Assembly (NCBI GenBank): GCA_037381445.1
Contig: JARRQT010000060.1
Span: forward strand, 1 to 13,987
Source: Calditrichia bacterium
GTDB taxonomy: Bacteria > Calditrichota > Calditrichia > RBG-13-44-9
Direction of reading: 5' to 3'
Length of the DNA stretch: 13,987 nucleotides
In this document: positions 1 through 6,810 of the stretch, piece after piece
Position numbering within the stretch: position 1 is the stretch's first letter
Layout: the number at the start of each line of letters is the position of its first letter
The notes under the pieces: generated by a model
Seen by the model: only the letters and a program-made list of their open reading frames with translations
The model's database searches: none
What the model was told of the DNA's origin: nothing
Made by a program: the position numbers and the translations under genes

Positions 1-461
1 CCTATATCGTAGATTTTAAAAATGTGTCCACGACCGGTTTAGAGTCTTCACCCGTAGCAGAAGCGCTTGCCGGACTACGTGCTAATGAAGCCCGCTATTT
101 TATGAACAAATACAATCATGAATTTACGGTTCTGCCAGCCAGCGAAAGCCATGATACCCTTGATTATGTGAACCGGATTTTGAAAGAAGAACGTGATATT
201 GAATTTGCGGCTAAACCGTTGGAAACGTCTCGTTTTCATGTAGAAAATATCAAATGGGCCTACGTCTTTTATGAGAATGGTCTTGAGGTCAACGTCATGT
301 ATACAGTGGATGATCCTAAGAAGCGGGCCGTTGGCTTTAAGCTTTCTGAGGGGATGGAAGTACCAAAGGAATTGGAAGGAAAGTTTAAGTTTGCCAGGCA
401 GAAGTCTAAATTGGCCGGAACAATACGAGGCTCATTTTTTGTGATCAAGGGAGAATATTAA
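1..461 (+). CDS. Conserved hypothetical protein (family I recall being auto-annotated 'phage tail protein'); 5' end truncated by the window edge
   Basis: The frame is open upstream of the GTG at 24 (3-23 reads YIVDFKN), so the true start probably lies just before base 1. The sequence GLESSPVAEALAGLRANEARYF...KRAVGFKLS...KFKFARQKSKLAGTIRGSFFVIKG matches a conserved ~150-aa family as I recall it. Stop TAA at 459-461. Confidence 0.8.
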   Translation, partial: YIVDFKNVSTTGLESSPVAEALAGLRANEARYFMNKYNHEFTVLPASESHDTLDYVNRILKEERDIEFAAKPLETSRFHVENIKWAYVFYENGLEVNVMYTVDDPKKRAVGFKLSEGMEVPKELEGKFKFARQKSKLAGTIRGSFFVIKGEY

Positions 462-630
462 GGCAGGCAAAAGCATGGAGCCGGGTGAAAATCCCTGCTG
501 ATATCAGAACGCTCGGAAGAGCCCTCCTTTGCGACGGCTGCTAGGACATTTTCTCTTCATATCGCAACGGAGCATAATCCTGCTGTGCCGCAGGGGATTC
601 CGTGGTTTGCCAAGGGTTTAATTTTTTATA
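462..630 (+). ncRNA. Candidate structured cis-regulatory RNA leader (unclassified)
   Basis: Hand-traced multi-way junction at 463-541 with two GNRA-capped hairpins, then a long hairpin at 564-610 and a T-run at 622-627. No match to a named RNA family has been established. Confidence 0.3.
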
Positions 631-672
631 GACAGCCAGGATATACCATAGACGAATAATTTGGAGAAGTAA

Positions 673-1242
673 ATGAGAAAACTGATTTTTGCAATTAATG
701 TAACCCTTGATGGCTTTGCGGATCACACCGCGATGATCGCCGATAGCGAACTGCACGACTTCTTTACGGATTTACTCGGCAGTACGGACATTATTTTGTT
801 CGGGCGCACGACCTACCAGCTTATGGAAGACTTCTGGCCGGCAGCGGACAAAGACCCGGGGAGCACGGAAAGCATGCTGCGTTTTGCCGAAAGAATCAAT
901 TCCATGCCAAAGATTGTTTTTTCCCGGACTCTCAAAGAGGTTCACTGGAGCAACACAAGACTGATAAAAGAAAACATGGTGGAAGAAGTTCGGAATCTGC
1001 AGCAGCAGCCCGGCCGCAATCTTGCCATTGGCAGCATCAGCCTTGCCAACACATTTATGAAGCTTGGCCTGATCGATGAATACCGGCTTTTGGTGCATCC
1101 GGTCATTCTGGGAAAGGGGAAGCGGCTTTTTGAAGAGTTGGACAACCGCATCAATTTGAAGCTGGCCGATACGAAAAAATTTGACTCCGGTGTGGTTGTA
1201 TTGCATTACCTGTGTTCGGAATGTCGGGAGCATGAGAAGTGA
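673..1242 (+). CDS. Dihydrofolate reductase-like / RibD C-terminal domain protein
   Basis: Motifs MRKLIFAINVTLDGF, LFGRTTY, GSISLA and LIDEYRLLVHPVILGKGKRLF are typical of stand-alone RibD_C proteins. SD GGAG at 663-666. Confidence 0.92.
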   Translation: MRKLIFAINVTLDGFADHTAMIADSELHDFFTDLLGSTDIILFGRTTYQLMEDFWPAADKDPGSTESMLRFAERINSMPKIVFSRTLKEVHWSNTRLIKENMVEEVRNLQQQPGRNLAIGSISLANTFMKLGLIDEYRLLVHPVILGKGKRLFEELDNRINLKLADTKKFDSGVVVLHYLCSECREHEK

Positions 1243-1282
1243 CTTTGGTTTCACAATCATAATATAAAAATGCGGAGGAAGA

Positions 1283-1783
1283 ATGAAAGAACAAACAGTG
1301 GGCAGGCTGTATCTTCATGAACTGGAAATGGAGATACCGTCGTCCCGTAAGTGCCTGGAACGAATTCCGCCGGAGCTGTTTGGCTGGAAACCGCATGAGA
1401 AATCGATGCTGATGGGCTATCTGGCGCTGCTGGTTGCGGAGATCCCTTTATGGATCACACATACTATTGAAATATCGGAAATCGATTTTGCCACCTTCAA
1501 GCATTTCGAGCCGAAAACCACCGCTGAGCTGGTCGGGCATTTCGATGAAAATGTGGCAGGGGCAAAAAGGGCGCTGGAAAATGTCTCAAATGAGGCGCTC
1601 GGCGGAAATTTTTATCTCAAACAAAAGGGACAGGTTTTGTTCAGCATGCGCAAGCAGGAAAGCGTATCTCAATCTATCAATCACCTGGTGCATCACCGGG
1701 GTCAATTGACTGTTTACATGCGCTTGAATAATATTCCCGTGCCTTCCATTTACGGCCCATCGGCGGATGAAAAAGTCTTTTAA
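1283..1783 (+). CDS. DinB/YfiT-family four-helix-bundle protein
   Basis: Motifs WKPHEKSM, NHLVHHRGQLTVYMRL and PSIYGPSADE. SD GGAGG precedes the ATG. Confidence 0.9.
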   Translation: MKEQTVGRLYLHELEMEIPSSRKCLERIPPELFGWKPHEKSMLMGYLALLVAEIPLWITHTIEISEIDFATFKHFEPKTTAELVGHFDENVAGAKRALENVSNEALGGNFYLKQKGQVLFSMRKQESVSQSINHLVHHRGQLTVYMRLNNIPVPSIYGPSADEKVF

Positions 1784-1831
1784 GATCGGTGCCGAATAAA
1801 TCTGAATTCTAAAGACAATAATGGATGCAAA

Positions 1832-2107
1832 ATGAGCGAAGAAAAAATACTGACAAAACATCCGCAAGGGAAAAGCGGCAAAAATATCGATAAGCACAAA
1901 TATGATATTGTCAAACAGGCCATTCTTTCGGCGCTGGAAGGCGGAGAACTGACCCACTCAGAATTGTTCAGTCAGCTCAATGACTCTCTGGCTAATCAGT
2001 TCACTGGGAATATCAGTTGGTATGGCGAAACGGTCAAACTTGATCTGGAAGCGCGAAATATCATCGAGCGAAGCGGTTCGAAGCCACAAAAATACCGGCT
2101 GAAATAG
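1832..2107 (+). CDS. Small conserved protein, DUF6958-like, probably winged-helix fold
   Basis: 91 aa with HPQGKSG..I...KY and F.GNISWYGETVKLDLEAR.IIER. This matches a small family I recall from DinB/VOC/DHFR clusters. Confidence 0.7.
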   Translation: MSEEKILTKHPQGKSGKNIDKHKYDIVKQAILSALEGGELTHSELFSQLNDSLANQFTGNISWYGETVKLDLEARNIIERSGSKPQKYRLK

Positions 2108-2183
2108 TGGCGGCCTTTATTGAGCGAAAGTCTTCATTTAGTAAAGAAATTACGGATTCATTGCGCCAGTAGATTTTAAATTT

Positions 2184-2342
2184 TCCCGCAACGGCGCCAA
2201 GAACGCAAAGACGCATGAAATAATGAAATTCATAATAAAAAATGTCTTTGGACTGTGGTGTTAAAACAATCTTAAGAAATTAGATGAAATAATATTTTGC
2301 GGCTTTCCGCATAGCGGCCACTACCTGGGTGGCTTTGCGGGA
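2184..2342. repeat. Degenerate inverted-repeat (REP/MITE-like) element made of CGCAAAG-like units
   Basis: Left arm TCCCGCAACGGCGCCAAGAACGCAAAGACGCA (2184-2215). Right-arm pieces TTTTGCG (2295-2301) and CTTTGCGGGA (2333-2342); the reverse complement of the latter matches 2184-2193 at 9/10. Confidence 0.45.
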
Positions 2343-2378
2343 GCAACAATTCGGCATAAAAAATGAAAGGAGTTTGAG

Positions 2379-3296
2379 ATGCAAAAAATCACTCCGTTTT
2401 TATGGTTCGATGACCAGGCGGAAGAAGCGGTCAATTTTTATGTCTCTGCGTTTTCCACGGTCGGCGATAAGAATTCGAAAATCGGAAATGCCGTTCGCTA
2501 TGACGAGGCAGGGACAAAAGCTTCGGGCAGACCCAAAGGATCGGTGATGACCCTGCCTTTCCGGCTTGGCGGTCTCGATTTCGTGGCGCTGAACGGCGGG
2601 CCGATTTTCAAATTTACCCCCGCCATATCCTTTTTCGTAAATTGCAGAACTGCAGATGAAGTGCAGCAATTGTGGGACAGGTTATTTGATGGCGGCACCG
2701 CGCTCATGCCGCTGGACAAATACGACTTCAGCGACAAATACGGCTGGCTTCAGGACAAATACGGCCTGTCCTGGCAAGTGATCCTGCCGCGGGAGCAGAT
2801 CGTCCAGAAACTTGTCCCTTCACTGATGTTTGTAGGCGATGTATGCGGCCAGGCAGAAGAGGCGATCAATTTTTACTCTTCCATATTCAATGATTCGAAA
2901 ATGGGGACTATCTTCCGCTACGGTGCAGGCCGGGAGCCTGATAATGAAAATAACATTGCTTATGCAGATTTTGTATTGGAAGGCCAATATTTTGCAATTA
3001 TGGAGAGCGCCCGTGAGCATGATTTTGGTTTTAATGAAGCCATATCCTTCATGGTCAACTGTCAATCGCAGGAAGAGGTCGATCATTACTGGAACAAACT
3101 CACAGCGGTTCCCGAGGCCGAACAATGCGGCTGGCTCAAGGATAAATATGGCGTGTCATGGCAGATTGTGCCCGCTGCTTTGGGAAAATTGATGAATGAT
3201 CCCGATCCCGCGAAATCGCTGAGGGTGACCCAGGCCATGCTGAAAATGAAGAAAATTGAAATTGCCGACTTGAAGAAGGCATATGAGCAGGAATAG
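2379..3296 (+). CDS. VOC-superfamily PhnB-like protein (3-demethylubiquinone-9 3-methyltransferase-like family) with two tandem domains
   Basis: Motifs QKITPFLWFDDQAEEAVNFY and ALNGGPIFKFTPAISFFVNC, and the duplicated signature YGWLQDKYGLSWQV / CGWLKDKYGVSWQI. SD AAGGAG upstream. Confidence 0.92.
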   Translation: MQKITPFLWFDDQAEEAVNFYVSAFSTVGDKNSKIGNAVRYDEAGTKASGRPKGSVMTLPFRLGGLDFVALNGGPIFKFTPAISFFVNCRTADEVQQLWDRLFDGGTALMPLDKYDFSDKYGWLQDKYGLSWQVILPREQIVQKLVPSLMFVGDVCGQAEEAINFYSSIFNDSKMGTIFRYGAGREPDNENNIAYADFVLEGQYFAIMESAREHDFGFNEAISFMVNCQSQEEVDHYWNKLTAVPEAEQCGWLKDKYGVSWQIVPAALGKLMNDPDPAKSLRVTQAMLKMKKIEIADLKKAYEQE

Positions 3297-3317
3297 AGAA
3301 AGGAGGAGACAACCGGA

Positions 3318-3812
3318 ATGCTGCAATCCTATAAAATACCGCCGCAAACCCGCATCGGTCACATTCATTTAAAAATATCCGACCTGAACCGTTCTCTTGA
3401 ATTCTATTGCGATTTGCTCGGATTTGATCTTATGACAATGTACGGGAGCCAGGCCGCCTTCGTTTCTGCGGGAGGCTATCATCATCATATCGGCTTGAAT
3501 ACCTGGCAAAGTAAAGATGCCACTCCGGCGCCGGTCCACGCTCCCGGTTTGTATCACTTTGCGATCTTATATTCTGAAAGAAGGGATTTGGCTTTGATCT
3601 ATGATCGTTTAACTAAAGCTCACTATCCGCTTACCGGGGCATCCGACCACGGTGTCTCAGAGGCTCTGTATCTCAACGATCCTGATAGAAACGGCATTGA
3701 ATTATATTGGGATAAGCCAAAAGAAATCTGGCCCAAAGATGCAAATGGGAAGATAACAATGTTTACCAAATTCCTTGATCTGAATGATTTACTGAATGAA
3801 TTGGATAAATAA
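3318..3812 (+). CDS. VOC/glyoxalase-family protein, short CatE (catechol 2,3-dioxygenase)-like form
   Basis: Motifs IGHIHLKISDL, GGYHHHIGLNTW, GLYHFAILY and DHGVSEALYLNDPDRNGIELY. It starts 21 bp after the previous stop and has an SD (AAGGAGG/GGAG), so it is probably co-transcribed. Confidence 0.9.
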   Translation: MLQSYKIPPQTRIGHIHLKISDLNRSLEFYCDLLGFDLMTMYGSQAAFVSAGGYHHHIGLNTWQSKDATPAPVHAPGLYHFAILYSERRDLALIYDRLTKAHYPLTGASDHGVSEALYLNDPDRNGIELYWDKPKEIWPKDANGKITMFTKFLDLNDLLNELDK

Positions 3813-4282
3813 TAAGTCTTTCAGAGCAAGAATTTGAAATAATTTCTCATGGGGGGTCGTTTTCAATAATCAGGCAATTCTAATGATTCCGGATTTTAGA
3901 TTTTATTGATAGTGGCGTAACGGGAAATATCTTCATTGTTGACCCGCGGTCAGACTAGAGAAGACATCATATTGCCTCTTCCTTTGCTTCTTTTTGAAAT
4001 AACAAATCACTAACCTTGGATTTATTATTGAATTTGGTAATTCAGCGGTATATATTAAGAAAAGGAAATGGATAAAAACGGAGAGAACTTTTAAGATATT
4101 CTTTGGATGTGTACATCATGCCAGGGATTGTGCATATCAGAATATACCAGTTTTGTTATACAGCCTCCCCTGGACTAATTTTCGTGCTTTTTTAATTCGC
4201 TGAATTCTTATTTGAATAAATTGTTCAGTAATTATCTGGCAGGCTTTCGTACAATCAGAATTCTGTTGAAACTTGCAGGACG

Positions 4283-5110
4283 ATGCACAAAGATATCATA
4301 AAAATCAGGCATGAGGATCCCGCTCCGGAGCTCGAACCTTATGTAAAGAAGATTTCTATATTCACGAGCGAGGAGAGAATCTGCTTTACGCAGAAGCTGA
4401 CTCCCAGCCCCTATAATTATCTTTCCTATAACCATCTGGATATCCCCATCTCCCAGTTTGCCAAAGAAACAGTTGTTCCAGATTCTCGAATAATGATTGC
4501 CGGAATCAAGACCGAAGAGATATATGTCAAATATGAAGGGCATCTTCTGCAAATCCTTTTTGAATTTACTGCTTCGGGATTTTATAACCTGTTTCATCGA
4601 TCCCCGGCCAGATATAAAAATCATCTGATTGAACCGGATAAATTCTTTTCACCACAAGAGATCACGGAACTGCTTCATGGCTTGTCAAAGACCGATGCTG
4701 TCGACCGACAGATAGAATTGATGGAAAACCTGATTCTGTCAAAAGTCAGAAGTGCTAAGATCCCCAATTTATATCTGGAAAAAAGCATCAATCTGATCGA
4801 AGAAAATCATGGCCTGCTCCAGATAAAGGATGTTTCCGACCGGGCAGGGATATGCGAACGCCAGTTAAACAGGAAATTCAGGGAAGTTGTGGGGATTTCG
4901 CCCAAAAAGTTTTCCAAAATATTGCAGCTCCATTATCTGATTTATCTGATACACCGTAAAGAGCATCCTTTGCAGGAGATCGCATTTAGAGGCTCCTTCC
5001 ACGATCGCCCCCATTTCAATCACTTCTTTAAAGAATTGACCGGCATGACCCCGGTTGAATTCATCCATAGCAACAAGCATATCGCTTTTGAATATTTCAC
5101 CGACCTGTGA
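4283..5110 (+). CDS. AraC/XylS-family transcriptional regulator (DUF6597-type N-terminal domain plus C-terminal double HTH)
   Basis: N-terminal PAPELEPYVKKI; HTH region AGICERQLNRKFREVVGISPKKFSKI and FHDRPHFNHFFKELTGMTP. Confidence 0.92.
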   Translation: MHKDIIKIRHEDPAPELEPYVKKISIFTSEERICFTQKLTPSPYNYLSYNHLDIPISQFAKETVVPDSRIMIAGIKTEEIYVKYEGHLLQILFEFTASGFYNLFHRSPARYKNHLIEPDKFFSPQEITELLHGLSKTDAVDRQIELMENLILSKVRSAKIPNLYLEKSINLIEENHGLLQIKDVSDRAGICERQLNRKFREVVGISPKKFSKILQLHYLIYLIHRKEHPLQEIAFRGSFHDRPHFNHFFKELTGMTPVEFIHSNKHIAFEYFTDL

Positions 5111-5119
5111 TCACAAAAA

Positions 5120-5157
5120 GTCCGTTATTTACAACGCTTTTTAGTGAAATTTACTGT
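5120..5157 (+). promoter_or_regulatory. Putative AraC operator / promoter for the downstream glycosyltransferase
   Basis: GTCCGTTATTTACAA at 5120-5134 lies 9 bp after the AraC stop. A possible -35 TTTACA (5128-5133) and -10 TACTGT (5152-5157) are 18 bp apart. The motif assignment rests on recall and inference. Confidence 0.35.
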
Positions 5158-5326
5158 AAAATTATTTTGTGAGCTCATTTTCCGGCAAAATAACAGGAGA
5201 ATGAGCTGCGCTCATACTTGATTGTTTCCTGGTTCCAGCAGGGTATTGTGCGGCCTGCACTCACGAATCAACCAATCCGGCAACTGGAAAATTAGTCTGT
5301 CAAATTCAAAATAGATTGCGAAGGTC

Positions 5327-6622
5327 ATGAAGGTTGTCTGTCTGCCCAACTGTGCGTTTTTGTCGGAGACTTCCCGCTCGGTGGCTATTTACAGAGCGCT
5401 GCAAAAAATTGGCGTGCCGGCAATCATGTCAACGCATGGAGGCACCTATGAGTTTGTATTGAAAGATGAAGAGATCCCGTACCGGAAGATCGAACCATTT
5501 TTTTCTGACGCGGACTGTGATCGCTATTTGAAGACAATCCATAAGCCCTGGGTACGTTTATTCAGTAAATCCTTTCTGGACAGGCAGGTAAAATTTGAAA
5601 TTGATCTATTCAAATCAGTGCAGGCATGCGCGGTAATTACCGGTTTTAACCTGCCGGCAGCTTTGTCTGCCAGATATTTGGGTATTCCGCTCATCGTGAC
5701 GCATTTGGGATCATTTGTCCCGCTGTTGATCGAGAAGAAAATGCTGGCCTTCAGCGAATGTTTTGATAACGGACTGATGCGTCTTATTCCGGATGAAAGA
5801 ATAAACCGATTTTTTACCCGGTTGTTTCCCCACTTGCCGTTTCAACTCCGGCTTTTCAACAGCATTGCGGATGAGATTGGTGTAGAGCCGATTCGCAGCT
5901 TTTTTGATTTAATGATGGGTGACCTTACCCTCATCACAGATGTGCCGGAAATACTGGGGATTTCGGAAGAGGAAATGGAGGTCTGGAAGCCGTCGCCTGC
6001 CAAATTCTATCGACCGGCGGCGCACATGAAATATTCCGGACCCATTTTCGCCAGATTGTTTGGAGAGATACCGGAAGATGTGCGGACATTCCTTCAAACC
6101 GAAAACCCGAAAATTTATGTCGCAATGGCATCGGGGAAGGCAAAAAATTTAAAACAGGTTTACGATGCCATTTCCTCCATGGATGTCCGCGCGGTGTTTT
6201 GTTCTCTGGTCCATGACAGAAAATTTGTTTCCGGCGGCGATATACTGGTTGCCGATTTTCTTCCTTCTCACCTGGTTATGCCGCTTTGCGATCTGGCGAT
6301 TATCCACGGCGGTCAGGGCAGTGTCCAAACCGCCATTTCCGCCGGCACTCCCATTATCGGATTTCCCATTCAGCCCGAGCAAAATTTTAATCTGAAACAG
6401 GTGGAACGCCACGGCGCAGGAATATGTCTTTCGCTCCGAAATCTTCATCGAGGACATCTTACAGAAGCGATAAACCGGGTTCTGAGCGATGACAGCTACA
6501 GAAGATCCATGCAGCGACTGCAGTCCTGGCAGTCCCGCCGGGACGGCGCTTCGGAGGTGGCAAAGATTGTCTCCGGGATAATCACTGACAAAAATAAACG
6601 GAAGGAAAACAGACTCATTTGA
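5327..6622 (+). CDS. GT-B fold glycosyltransferase, GT1 / macrolide-glycosyltransferase-like
   Basis: C-terminal NDP-sugar signature DFLPSHLVMPLCDLAIIHGGQGSVQTAISAGTPIIGFPIQPEQNFN, plus IYVAMASG and AARYLGIP-type (SARYLGIPLI) elements. Confidence 0.88.
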   Translation: MKVVCLPNCAFLSETSRSVAIYRALQKIGVPAIMSTHGGTYEFVLKDEEIPYRKIEPFFSDADCDRYLKTIHKPWVRLFSKSFLDRQVKFEIDLFKSVQACAVITGFNLPAALSARYLGIPLIVTHLGSFVPLLIEKKMLAFSECFDNGLMRLIPDERINRFFTRLFPHLPFQLRLFNSIADEIGVEPIRSFFDLMMGDLTLITDVPEILGISEEEMEVWKPSPAKFYRPAAHMKYSGPIFARLFGEIPEDVRTFLQTENPKIYVAMASGKAKNLKQVYDAISSMDVRAVFCSLVHDRKFVSGGDILVADFLPSHLVMPLCDLAIIHGGQGSVQTAISAGTPIIGFPIQPEQNFNLKQVERHGAGICLSLRNLHRGHLTEAINRVLSDDSYRRSMQRLQSWQSRRDGASEVAKIVSGIITDKNKRKENRLI

Positions 6623-6810
6623 TAAAAATAGCACGGGATTTATTTACCGAATCATGCCGAACGGGAGAGGACAATTCCTTTCCGAACTCTTATCAGAAAA
6701 TGGATATATATGGGGTCATTCACAACGAAAAATGAAAACTCCGGAGGTCATTTGCGCAGGGCCCCGGCAGAAACTGCAATAAAGAATCAAAATTTCAGAA
6801 AGAGCAAAAT

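Noticed and set aside
477..669. Calling the leader a canonical FMN or cobalamin riboswitch, or a hammerhead ribozyme
   Set aside because: Only the GGGTGAAAATCCC hairpin and scattered short words match. The FMN blocks (ACCGGCGGT, second T-loop, AGTCTGGATG), the B12 box and the hammerhead CUGANGA/GAAA core are absent. Kept only as an unclassified candidate.
673..1242. Naming the gene folA/dfr or ribD
   Set aside because: It has the motifs of the stand-alone RibD_C family, with no deaminase domain and no classical DHFR LPW motif, so the function cannot be assigned.
1210..1267. CxxC (CSEC) tail on the reductase, and a small overlapping ORF MRSDFGFTIII (1232-1267)
   Set aside because: The tail lies beyond the conserved domain end and is probably neutral. 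The small ORF has its SD only 1 nt from the ATG and no other support.
9..2180. 12-bp direct repeat GTAGATTTTAAA at 9-20 and 2169-2180 as att sites or a target duplication
   Set aside because: A few AT-rich 12-mer repeats are expected by chance in 14 kb. One copy lies inside a CDS and there is no recombinase.
5201..5329. TGA readthrough (selenocysteine) extending the uORF in frame into the GT
   Set aside because: The ATG at 5201 is in frame with 5327, but an in-frame TAG lies shortly before the GT start.
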